Part shown: positions 27,372 to 35,576 of the stretch, in pieces | How the letters are laid out: every line of letters starts with the position of its first letter | Position numbering within the stretch: the stretch's first letter is position 1 | Source: Vicinamibacterales bacterium | Lineage (GTDB): Bacteria; Acidobacteriota; Vicinamibacteria; Vicinamibacterales; 2-12-FULL-66-21 | DNA: 64,000 nucleotides | Assembly (NCBI GenBank): GCA_036278735.1 | Contig: DASUKM010000028.1 | Span: forward strand, 66,141 to 130,140 | Direction: 5' to 3' | The notes under the pieces: generated by a model | Seen by the model: only the letters and a program-made list of their open reading frames with translations | Database searches by the model: none | What the model was told of the DNA's origin: nothing | Position numbers and translations under genes: made by a program

Positions 27372-28151
27372 TCATTTCAATTCATCAATCGCCGTCCGTG
27401 CGGCATCCGACACCGAGACCCGGGCCCCGAAGGTGGATCGCCGGTGGTCGTCCAGCAGCGACATCAGCCGCGGCACCGCCTGTTTCGCGTGGAGGGACTC
27501 GAGCGCGTCGATCGCCAGGACGCGCATCGACGGGTCTTCGCCGTCGAGCGCGTCGAGCAGAGGGCCAATGGCACGCGGGTCGTTGATCTGCGCCAAGGCC
27601 CACGGCACCACCGTATCGACCTCGTCATCGTCGAGCAGCGGCACGAGAATCGGGACGGCACGCGGATCGCGAAGATCCCCGAGCAGATGCGCCGCGTAAT
27701 AGCGGTCCGCCGCAATTTGACGCGAGGCATGGTATCGACCGTCACCCGAGGCGGCCGGAATGCCCTGCCCCGCCGGCCGGTCCGACCGGTCACGGAGAAT
27801 TGCGGTGATCGTCTGGAACCCGCGCGGATCTCGAAGGCTCGCGAAAATGAACGCGACGTTTCCACGGACGTGCCGGTCTTCCTGACGCAATCCGTCCACC
27901 AGCGGTGGGAGGACGCTCGGATCGTGCCGCGCGACGATCTGTCTGGCGATCTCGAACTGGCGCCAGAAGACCTTCTCGCGCTTGAACTGCTCGACCAGCG
28001 CGGCGGACGAGCGATCGGCGTGGACGGGCGTCGCAGGCGACCCACACGCGGCGACCTCGAGGCACAGAGCACCGAGTACGACCAGCACGACTGGTGCAGG
28101 CAGACGATCAGCCAGTCGCCACCCCGCGAGCGTGTCGGTCTGGGCGATCAT
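27372..28151 (-). CDS. HEAT-repeat protein, probable lipoprotein
   Basis: Repeated LxDxDxxVRxxAAxALGxL-type units (LRQEDRHVRGNVAFIFASL, LDDDEVDTVVPWALAQI, DGEDPSMRVLAIDALESL). N-terminal LVVLGALCLEVAACGS is lipobox-like. ATG 28151. Confidence 0.7.
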   Translation of the reverse strand: MIAQTDTLAGWRLADRLPAPVVLVVLGALCLEVAACGSPATPVHADRSSAALVEQFKREKVFWRQFEIARQIVARHDPSVLPPLVDGLRQEDRHVRGNVAFIFASLRDPRGFQTITAILRDRSDRPAGQGIPAASGDGRYHASRQIAADRYYAAHLLGDLRDPRAVPILVPLLDDDEVDTVVPWALAQINDPRAIGPLLDALDGEDPSMRVLAIDALESLHAKQAVPRLMSLLDDHRRSTFGARVSVSDAARTAIDELK

Positions 28152-28365
28152 GCTCCTGTCGACATACGCCTGCCCCGGGTGCTGGCACACTCGTCCGTTC
28201 TCGCCACCGATCGAGCCACACATCGGGTAGAGGATCGCGCCTTGAAGGGCGGGGGAGTATAGTACACCTCTTCCGAAGGCACCGCGTGCGGCCCTCGACC
28301 CGCGACGGCAAGGAGGGCATCGCGCGCGGCTTCGCGATCGAGCCCGGCAACAGGGGGAGGGCCTG

Positions 28366-29149
28366 ATGTCCCGCTTCGACGAGCAGCCGCCGGCGACCGG
28401 GACCGCCCTGGTGACGGGCGCGTCGTCGGGGATCGGCGCCGCGATTGCCCGCGAGCTGGCCCGCAGGGGCCGCGCCGCTGGTGGCGCGTAGCGCCGACCG
28501 CCTGCGCGAGGCGGCCGCGACGATCGCCAAGGAATACGGCGTTCGAGCCGAGTGGATCGCGATGAACCTCGCAAACGCGTCCGAACGCGACGGGCTGGCG
28601 TCGGCGATCGCTGCCCGTGGCGAGATCGTGGATCTCCTGGTCAACGACGCGGGGATCGGCACCGTGGGCCGCTTTCACGAGCTGCCCGTCTCGCGCGAGA
28701 TCGATCTCGTCCGGCTGAACGTCGAAACGGTTGTGGCGCTGTGCGGCGCCTTCGTTCCGGACATGGTGCGGCGCGGACGAGGGGCCATCCTCAACGTCGC
28801 GTCCGTCTCCGGATTCATGCCGGTGCCCCGCCAGGCCTCCTACTGCGCCTCGAAGGCGTTCGTCCTCAACTTCACCGACAGCCTGAGACTCGACCTGCAC
28901 GGCACCGGCGTGACCGCCACCGCGTTGAGCCCCGGGCCGGTGAAGACGGCGTTCGGGGGGCTCCTCGAAGGGCTTCCGGACGTGCTGTTCGTGGACCCGG
29001 CGCGGGTTGCGCGCGAGGCGATCGACGGTCTGGAACGCGGGCGGCGGACCGTGATCCCGGGGGCCGCCAATGCGCTCAACGCGATGCTCGGGCGGTACAC
29101 GCCGCGGGGCGTGTTCCTGTCGTACGCCCGCCGCTTCTGGCCTGGGTAA
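28366..29149 (+). pseudogene. short-chain dehydrogenase/reductase interrupted by a frameshift near 28471
   Basis: Frame 1 (ATG 28366, GGGGGAGG upstream) gives MSRFDEQPPATGTALVTGASSGIGAAIARELARRG, then stops at TAG 28489. The rest of the SDR (APLVARSADRL...NDAGIG...SYCASKAF...) continues in the +1 frame (track ORF 28445..29149). This is either a real frameshift or a sequencing error in a GC run. Confidence 0.6.
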
Positions 29150-29220
29150 CCCCTCGAATCCGACGGCGTGCGGCTACGCCTGTCGAATTGGTCCATGCGG
29201 GATCAGGAGCCCGCCGCCCC

Positions 29221-30213
29221 ATGAGCGTGCTGATTACGGGCGCGACCGGCCAGGTCGGAAATGCCATCGCGCGGCGACTGGCCGCCGACGGCGTCCACAT
29301 CCGCGCGCTGGTCCACTCGCGGATGCGAGGGACGTCGAACGTGCTGCCCGAGGGCGTGCAGACCGTGTTCGGCGACGTCACGGACGCCGCATCCCTGCGA
29401 GGCGCCTTCGACGGCTGCGACACGGTCTACCACGCCGCCGGGATCCCCGAACAATGGCGCCGGGACCCCGCGGAATTCACGCGCGTGAACGCCGAGGGAA
29501 CCCGTCACGTGGTCGAGGCGGCGCTCGCTTCCGGCGTCAAACGGTTCGTCTACACCAGCACGGACGACGTCCTCCTCGCCGCACCGGGCATTCCATTCGA
29601 CGAGCCCATCGTCGATCGAACGCCTGGCCGGACGCCCTACCAGCGCTCCAAGCGCGAAGCGGACCGGATCGTCACGGCGGCGCTGGATCGGGGGCTGCCC
29701 GCCGTGTTCCTCCATCCGTCCGGGGTCTACGGACCGGCGCCGTTCCTCACGCGTGGACTCAACGATCTTCTGGTCGGCCTCGCCCTGCGCAAGGTGCCCG
29801 CCCTGCTGCCCGGCGGCATGACGCTCGTGTACAGCGAAGACGTCGCCGACGGGCACATCCGGGCGGCGAGCCGCGCCGAGGTCGGCGCGCGCTACATCCT
29901 CACGGAGTCGTATCAGCCGCTCATCGACATCGCGCGGGCGGTCGTGCGCGTGGCCTCGAGCGCGAGGGTGCCGCGGATCATGCCGCTGGCGCTCGCGAAT
30001 GCGATCGCCACGATCGGCGAGCCGGTGGCACGGCTGACGGGCCGTCCTCCGATGATCCCGCGAAGCCTGCTGCAGTTCCTCGAACGCGATGCCCGTCCCA
30101 CGGGGACGCGCGCGCGCGCGGAGCTCGAATGGCGACCGATTCCCTTCGTCACCGGAGTGGAACGCTCCCTCGCCTACTTCGGGCAACGGGGCTGGACGAG
30201 GAGTTCGTCGTGA
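29221..30213 (+). CDS. NAD-dependent epimerase/dehydratase family protein
   Basis: MSVLITGATGQVGNAIARRL (GxxGxxG), YQRSK (YxxxK), extended-SDR length. Confidence 0.85.
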   Translation: MSVLITGATGQVGNAIARRLAADGVHIRALVHSRMRGTSNVLPEGVQTVFGDVTDAASLRGAFDGCDTVYHAAGIPEQWRRDPAEFTRVNAEGTRHVVEAALASGVKRFVYTSTDDVLLAAPGIPFDEPIVDRTPGRTPYQRSKREADRIVTAALDRGLPAVFLHPSGVYGPAPFLTRGLNDLLVGLALRKVPALLPGGMTLVYSEDVADGHIRAASRAEVGARYILTESYQPLIDIARAVVRVASSARVPRIMPLALANAIATIGEPVARLTGRPPMIPRSLLQFLERDARPTGTRARAELEWRPIPFVTGVERSLAYFGQRGWTRSSS

Positions 30214-30426
30214 GCGGGGCTACCGGCGTCGGGGCTTCGCCTGATACGAAGTCGCGGCCTGTCCACTGATCGGAGTCATGGGATCGATCCGTGTCGGGTT
30301 CTTCGAGGATTTCAAAGGCGCCAACACGCTTCTGATCGACGTCGATGCCCAACGACTGCGCAGATTGATCGCGCGGCTCGCCGGGCCGAAGCTCGCGCTT
30401 CGGCGTAAGCTCGCGCGAGCGAAGGC

Positions 30427-30474
30427 TGGTGGACCTGACCGGGATCGAACCGGTGACCTCCTGAATGCCATTCA
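30427..30474 (-). repeat. displaced 3' fragment of tRNA-Ala (att repeat, distal copy)
   Basis: tggtggacctgaccgggatcgaaccggtgacctcctgaatgccattca is identical to 39448-39495. Identity breaks inside the anticodon stem. Confidence 0.95.
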
Positions 30475-30604
30475 AAAAACGCCCGAAACCTGCCGCGACC
30501 GTCCGACCCAGCCAGCGACCGTCAGAAACGACTAACTATCTTCTTTCACAATAGTTTACGGTCGTTTATACTAGTAGCTCGTCCGTTCGCAGAGTTTCAA
30601 AACC

Positions 30605-30625
30605 GTGCCCCCTACGTGCCCCCTA
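30605..30625 (+). promoter_or_regulatory. paired direct 10-mers GTGCCCCCTA (11-bp spacing), candidate integrase arm-type sites
   Basis: gtgcccccta c gtgcccccta lies 131 bp inside the left att repeat, just upstream of int. The same core GCCCCCTA pair recurs at 39341-39361. Confidence 0.4.
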
Positions 30626-30642
30626 GCCGTTTTGGAGGTCGA

Positions 30643-31899
30643 ATGCCGCGAGTCCGAATGACCGACCGGTGGGTGAAAACAGTTCGTCCCGATCCTGCCC
30701 GACAGATCGACTACTGGGATGAGAAGCTGCCGTGTTTTAGCTTGAGAGTGACGCCCGAGGGAAAAAAGTCGTGGACGGTCTATTACCGATTCCACAAGCG
30801 AAAACGTCGCTTCAGCATTGGCAAGGAGTCTTCCGTCTCGCTCGCCGATGCGCGCATCAGAGCGCGCGCGGTCCTCGCCGATGTCGCCGCCGGGAAAGAT
30901 CCCGCCGCTGAGAAGCTGTTCGCCCAGCGTTCGAAGACGTTCGCAGAACTCGCAAAGGAGTTCATCGACAAGCACGCAAAGAAGCGGAAAAGCTGGCGCA
31001 ACTACGCGTGGATGATGAACAAGCATCTGCTGCCGAAATGGCGTCACGTTAAGGCTGCTGACATCTCCAGACCCGACGTTCGCGCTCTCGTCGAAGCCAT
31101 CGCGGACGGAGGCGCTCCCGTGTTGGCGAACCGCGTCCTCGCACTCGCCAGCAGCGTGTTCAGTTTCGCCGTCTCCCGCGATTGGCGACCAGACAATCCG
31201 TGCGAGGGGATCGCGAGACCGGGAAAGGAACAGCGCCGAGAACGTGTCCTTTCATCGGACGAGATCGCCGCTCTGTGGACTGCCGCCGAAACCGGCGCAC
31301 CCGTATTTCGAACGCTGCTCAAGCTGCGATTCCTGACGGTCGCCCGTGGAGGCGAGCTGCACCGTCTGCGCTGGTGCGATCTCGATCTCAAAGGAGGCTG
31401 GTGGACGCTTCCTCGCGAGTTTGCGAAGAATGGCATCACTCACCGTGTTCCGTTGACAAAAACCGCCGTCCAAGTTCTGACGGATTGGCGGGAGCATCAA
31501 GACGCTCGACTAGCAGAGATAAACAGGGGACGTGCGAAGAAGAAGTGGGAGCTGCGCGAGCCTTCCCAGTGGGTGTTCCCCTCACCGCGCGGGGAAGGTC
31601 CGTTTCTGTGGGAGCAGCGTGCGACCAAACGGCTGCGAAACGCAACCGGCATCGATTTTCGTCCTCACGACATCCGAAGAACGGTGGCGACGCTCCTGAC
31701 GCAGCATGGCCACGCGGATCGCTTTATCTTGAAGCGCATCCTGAACCATGTCGATGACGACATCACTGGTGTTTACGACCGCAACAAATACGACGTGCAG
31801 AAGCGTCAGGCACTCGATGCTTGGGAGCGCACGCTGAAGTCGATTCTCAATAAGGCAGGCGACTCCACCAACGTCCTGTCGTTCACCGGCACGAACTAG
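30643..31899 (+). CDS. int: tyrosine recombinase / phage-type integrase with DUF4102-like N-terminal arm-binding domain
   Basis: N-terminus: WVKTVRPDPARQIDYWDEKLPCFSLRVTPEGKKSWTVYYRF. Catalytic residues: ARGGELHRLRW (Arg), HDIRRTVATLL (HxxR), LNHV...TGVYDR (His/Tyr). ATG 30643 with GGAGG 5 nt upstream. Confidence 0.9.
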   Translation: MPRVRMTDRWVKTVRPDPARQIDYWDEKLPCFSLRVTPEGKKSWTVYYRFHKRKRRFSIGKESSVSLADARIRARAVLADVAAGKDPAAEKLFAQRSKTFAELAKEFIDKHAKKRKSWRNYAWMMNKHLLPKWRHVKAADISRPDVRALVEAIADGGAPVLANRVLALASSVFSFAVSRDWRPDNPCEGIARPGKEQRRERVLSSDEIAALWTAAETGAPVFRTLLKLRFLTVARGGELHRLRWCDLDLKGGWWTLPREFAKNGITHRVPLTKTAVQVLTDWREHQDARLAEINRGRAKKKWELREPSQWVFPSPRGEGPFLWEQRATKRLRNATGIDFRPHDIRRTVATLLTQHGHADRFILKRILNHVDDDITGVYDRNKYDVQKRQALDAWERTLKSILNKAGDSTNVLSFTGTN

Positions 31900-31956
31900 T
31901 CCGATGATCGGGCGTCTTTTCCGGCACTTCAAATCAGCCGACCGGCTTCCCCAACA

Positions 31957-32319
31957 TCAAAACACCACGCCCGGTCTGGCGGTGCCGTCCAACAAGTAAA
32001 CAGTCTTGCACTTGTGACATTCCCATCGTCTGCCGTTCCAATCGCCCGCTAAATGCATCGCTCGCTGATCCGATTCCCAACATCTGGCACAAAAGGGCGT
32101 TTTGTCGTCAGCCGCAAAATATAGCGGTGCTTCAAAGCGCAACGTTCCCGCGAAGGTCAGTTTGCTCTGCAGCGCTTTGACCTGCTCCCGGAGCGAACGA
32201 TTCTCCTCCTGCATGTCCATGGCTTGGCTCTGAATCGACAGCATTTGCTTGATGAGATCGATGTTGTCGGTCTTCTGAACCAGAGTGACGGCGTCTTTCA
32301 GCGTATCGATGATGCCCAT
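31957..32319 (-). CDS. hypothetical coiled-coil + Zn-ribbon protein (120 aa)
   Basis: MGIIDTLKDAVTLVQKTDNIDLIKQMLSIQSQAMDMQEENRSLREQVKALQSKL, then CARCWESD...CHKC. GGAG lies 6 nt upstream of ATG 32319. Confidence 0.6.
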   Translation of the reverse strand: MGIIDTLKDAVTLVQKTDNIDLIKQMLSIQSQAMDMQEENRSLREQVKALQSKLTFAGTLRFEAPLYFAADDKTPFCARCWESDQRAMHLAGDWNGRRWECHKCKTVYLLDGTARPGVVF

Positions 32320-32344
32320 CGGCGTCTCCGGATCAAGTATCGGA

Positions 32345-32554
32345 TCAGTTTGCCGCGATGGCCAGACGGATTTCACCGCAGACTGAGCAACGGCCCTCTG
32401 CCCGCGTATAGCCGGGACCCGCCCCAAGAGCAGATGTTGCCTGTTGTGCCTGTTGATGGCGCTCAAGACCCAAAGCCTCTTTGATGCAATGATCACAGAA
32501 AGCCGCGGGTCGTCGCTGGGTCAAGAACTGGGCGACGCGTTCAGGGACAGTCAT
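32345..32554 (-). CDS. hypothetical small Cys-pair protein (69 aa)
   Basis: MTVPERVAQFLTQRRPAAFCDHCIKEAL...GRCSVCGEIRLAIAAN (CxxC...CxxC). No clear SD. Confidence 0.4.
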   Translation of the reverse strand: MTVPERVAQFLTQRRPAAFCDHCIKEALGLERHQQAQQATSALGAGPGYTRAEGRCSVCGEIRLAIAAN

Positions 32555-32585
32555 CAGTTGTTCTGGAGCTATCGATCCAGCCGAG

Positions 32586-32825
32586 TCAGCTCGAAATCGG
32601 CTTCCAGCCGCTGCATTCTGGCGAACAGACATGTCCCTGCGCACGGAGAGCCTCTGCGGCTCGATTCTTTGCCTCCGCCTCGCTATTCCACGACAGTTGC
32701 TCGCCCAAGACATTCTCGACTCTGTAGACCGGTCCGGCTCCCTCGTCGTGTCGGGTCAAATACAGCGTTAACCCGCCATTGTGCTTGTGCCACGATTCTT
32801 CGATACGTCGTCGCGGCTCCGTCAT
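32586..32825 (-). CDS. hypothetical small protein (79 aa)
   Basis: MTEPRRRIEESWHKHNGGLTLYLTRHDEGAGPVYRVENVLGEQLSWNSEAEAKNRAAEALRAQGHVCSPEC. Strong GGAGGGG SD directly upstream of ATG 32825. Confidence 0.55.
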   Translation of the reverse strand: MTEPRRRIEESWHKHNGGLTLYLTRHDEGAGPVYRVENVLGEQLSWNSEAEAKNRAAEALRAQGHVCSPECSGWKPISS

Positions 32826-33238
32826 TTCCCCTCCAGTCCGCTGCCAGCAGTCCGCGATTGTAATGCATGCGGCGTAGCGCGATCCCGGTGCGTTCCGGCA
32901 GCGGAAATCCGGGCAACGGTTGCCGCCACCCCCCGGACAAAAAACCGGTCCAGCAGGACCGGCCTCTGACCTCGATGGCGGCACGCAACTTTTTCGAAGA
33001 TTGCTGGATCAAAAACCTGCTGACCGTAAAAAGTGATTCCTGAGCATTTCTGGTGCGAAGAATCTGTGATTATCGGGTGATCCGATGGCGGACGCCCCCA
33101 ATCTCGCCGCTGACAGCCACGCTACTACCCCTGAATCCTGAGCCAATGACGGGCGACCAGCTCAGGGCGGTTGCAAGGCCGGCGGAGTTCTCCGACTGCG
33201 TCGGACCCCTCCGCGTAACGTCCGACCCGATTCAGCGT

Positions 33239-34105
33239 CTACGTGGAATGCTGCTTTTGGCGCTTCCTAGCCCGGTAACGCTTCGACGCATCCCGCATTG
33301 ACGCCAGTCGTCCGCAGTTCGAGCAGTATCGATGCTGACGCGGGGATCTCTTGCGTTCGACGGTGAAGAAGTTACCGCAGCCTGCGCACGCGGCGAGGCC
33401 CGACGTTCCCGTTACGGCCGATAAGAGCTGCATCGCAAGGGACCCCGGAAGCCCACCGGCCAAGCCAACGTTCAGCCCGCCTCGTGCGAGTCGGAAACCG
33501 TAGGGACGGACGTTGGCGATCATCATCCAGACATCGACGTAGTCCAATAACCAAAGACGCTCTCTCTCTAGAGCGGACCCATTCACAACGACGCGCCTGA
33601 TCTTCGGTTGCACGGGAGACTCGCGCAGCAAGCGCCACTCCCGATAGTCGCCGGTGTCGTCCGCCTGATGTCTGGCAGAGATCCGCAAGATCGCCCTCGC
33701 CTCAGCCGCCATCCGACGCCACCACGCAAATGGCTCGAAGAATCGCCCTCCGCGTATCAGAGGGCTGCAGAGCGCGAAACGCGGATTCTCGCCAGCGATC
33801 CGCAACTCCCCTGAGTGGGTCAGCGGCACGCCATGTCTGCAGAATCGCAACACTCCATGCTGACGGGCGAACTCTGCGATTTGCCGATCAGTTCCATCGA
33901 CGAGCCGAATGAACCGCAGCAAATCCGGAACCGCAGCACCCCGCGCTGGTTTCGTGCCCCATCCTGCCCAAAGAAAGCCGCGATTCAAATGTGACCAAAC
34001 TGTTTTGGGTCTGTAGCCCGGCACCAAGGGCAATGGCGGATCTACGCGCCCATTCTCGTCCACAAATCCGGCCAGCTCCAGCGGGTCGACCGGTTTTCGC
34101 GTCAT
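33239..34105 (-). CDS. hypothetical protein (288 aa) with C-terminal CGNR-like zinc finger
   Basis: The C-terminus CAGCGNFFTVERKRSPRQHRYCSNCGRLASMRDASKRYRARKRQ resembles the zf-CGNR pattern (CxxCGNxF...RYCSxxC...R.R). No family recognised for the N-terminal 230 aa. Confidence 0.65.
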   Translation of the reverse strand: MTRKPVDPLELAGFVDENGRVDPPLPLVPGYRPKTVWSHLNRGFLWAGWGTKPARGAAVPDLLRFIRLVDGTDRQIAEFARQHGVLRFCRHGVPLTHSGELRIAGENPRFALCSPLIRGGRFFEPFAWWRRMAAEARAILRISARHQADDTGDYREWRLLRESPVQPKIRRVVVNGSALERERLWLLDYVDVWMMIANVRPYGFRLARGGLNVGLAGGLPGSLAMQLLSAVTGTSGLAACAGCGNFFTVERKRSPRQHRYCSNCGRLASMRDASKRYRARKRQKQHST

Positions 34106-34239
34106 CTTTGCGTCATATTACGCTCCTCGCGTGCAGGGGGCAACCGGGTGCATCATCCGCCCACGATGCGTCGTCCGGCCACCGCGAGAGCGCGATTCTG
34201 GCGCGGCGCGTGGAAACAAATGTTTGACGGCGCTAATCC

Positions 34240-34542
34240 GTGGGAGGCAGCGTGAAGTTACCAAGGACACGGCAACACGAAAGCGGTTCCACTGTTTCCA
34301 AACTGCAAACGCTAAACGACAGCGGACCTGCCGAGCGAGACGCTGGCGTTCAGCCGCCGATTCGGGTGCTCCGTATCGCTGATGTGAAGCGCCTGACGGG
34401 ATTGTCCCGCACAACCATATGGAGACTGCAATGCAAAGCTAAGTTTCCAGCGTCAGTTGTGCTGTTGGGGAGCCTCCGTGGCTGGTATGAATCCGAGGTT
34501 GAGGAATGGTGCCGACAGCTTGAACGGTCCCGCCAAGGCTGA
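34240..34542 (+). CDS. AlpA-family HTH regulator / excisionase-like protein
   Basis: LRIADVKRLTGLSRTTIWRLQCKAKFPASVVLLGSLRGWYESEVEEWC matches the AlpA/Xis-type MerR-like HTH pattern. A shorter start at GTG 34366 (58 aa) is at least as likely as GTG 34240. Confidence 0.75.
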   Translation: MGGSVKLPRTRQHESGSTVSKLQTLNDSGPAERDAGVQPPIRVLRIADVKRLTGLSRTTIWRLQCKAKFPASVVLLGSLRGWYESEVEEWCRQLERSRQG

Positions 34543-34646
34543 CGCTCCGTCATCTATTTATTGCTTTTGTAGCCGGGACGAGGGATTAGCGTCAGGACGA
34601 CGATGATGCTGTTGATCCTCCGCGCCCATTTCAATGAAACATTCGC

Positions 34647-34877
34647 ATGGCCAAATTGCCGCGTAATCCTCTGTTAGGAAAACCAATCAATCGTTGGAAG
34701 ACGCTCAAGACAATCGCCAGAGTATCCATCCGACCCGGCTGGAATAAGATTTCTTGGGAGATCGAGATTGAAACGAACGCCGGCAAAATCGCGCGTTTCG
34801 TCGCGAAGGCGGAACCCGGTTTCACCGCTGAGGCCGTCCGACGCCGCCTCGAACGACCTTCAGCGTATCCGCTTTGA
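34647..34877 (+). CDS. hypothetical small protein (76 aa)
   Basis: Non-repetitive Lys/Ile-containing sequence fitting the low-GC island composition. No SD, no family recognised. Confidence 0.35.
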   Translation: MAKLPRNPLLGKPINRWKTLKTIARVSIRPGWNKISWEIEIETNAGKIARFVAKAEPGFTAEAVRRRLERPSAYPL

Positions 34878-34913
34878 ATCGGCGGTCACGTCCAACTGTC
34901 GGACGCGAAGTCG

Positions 34914-35573
34914 TCATCGGTGCAGATTTGCTGGGTCGGTAACGTGCTCTTCAAGCGCAGCAAGCACGTAGTTGCAATACCGCTCCATGTCATCGGTGCG
35001 CTTGGCAAGATCCGGGATGCTGAACCGTTTGCCGATCTCGTCGGCGGAGACGAGCCCATGAGCGACACCGTTCCTGAGTTCTACCAACTCCTTTATCGCT
35101 AGAGGAAGCCTCGGATCATTCACAGCGGGCTGAGCGACCCGAAGGACCGCGAAGACAGTCTCGACCTGTTCAACGCGCATCTTATTCTCATCTCCGGGGA
35201 ACGTGTTCCCCAGTATCAACGGGTCCGCGCTTATCGCCTTCCTGACGATCTCGGCACGTCGAAGCCATCTCTCGCTCTTTTTAGGAGTGTCGGCAAGACC
35301 TTCAAATGCAGGGTGCAGCGCGAGACTGATTAACTCTGGATGAACCCTGTCGCAGGTCAGGAGATGACTGCGGATGGTGCTTAGAGCCGCCTGAAAAGCG
35401 GCGTTAACGCAGTATTCGTAGACCGCATAAAGCTGAACGAAGATCAGCCCCTTCGCGTTTAAGGCGACCTCTTTGGGGTGCCCGGCGCTCGCAATACTGG
35501 CGTCGATCTCATTAAGTGCGAGGCGAATGTGATGGATTCGCTTCGCCACTTCCACTCCCGCCTGAGCAAACAC
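34914..35573 (-). CDS. HEPN-domain nuclease (Rx4H), resembling the MAE_28990/MAE_18760 HEPN-like family
   Basis: All-helical 219-aa protein with ELRNGVAHG (R-x4-H) near the C-terminal third. The GTG start lies 3 nt after the DUF262 stop. The family name is from memory, not from a search. Confidence 0.7.
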   Translation of the reverse strand: MFAQAGVEVAKRIHHIRLALNEIDASIASAGHPKEVALNAKGLIFVQLYAVYEYCVNAAFQAALSTIRSHLLTCDRVHPELISLALHPAFEGLADTPKKSERWLRRAEIVRKAISADPLILGNTFPGDENKMRVEQVETVFAVLRVAQPAVNDPRLPLAIKELVELRNGVAHGLVSADEIGKRFSIPDLAKRTDDMERYCNYVLAALEEHVTDPANLHR

Positions 35574-35576
35574 GGC

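Noticed and set aside
30149-30475. ORFs translating as ...NGIQEVTGSIPVRST... (30149..30475 and 39425..39676, minus)
   Set aside because: The shared peptide is the translation of the tRNA-Ala sequence and its duplicated 3' fragment. These are not protein genes.
30278-30535. 85-aa plus ORF (MGSIRVGFFEDFKGANTLLIDVDAQRLRRLIARLAG...) running into the left att repeat
   Set aside because: Its 3' half is antisense tRNA fragment plus island DNA, so at best it is a truncated remnant. No family was recognised. The slightly lower GC of 30230-30426 is noted, but I cannot support a feature.
33053-33301. 82-aa plus ORF in the island
   Set aside because: It overlaps the 3' end of the better-supported minus-strand 288-aa gene. 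It has no SD and no recognisable features.
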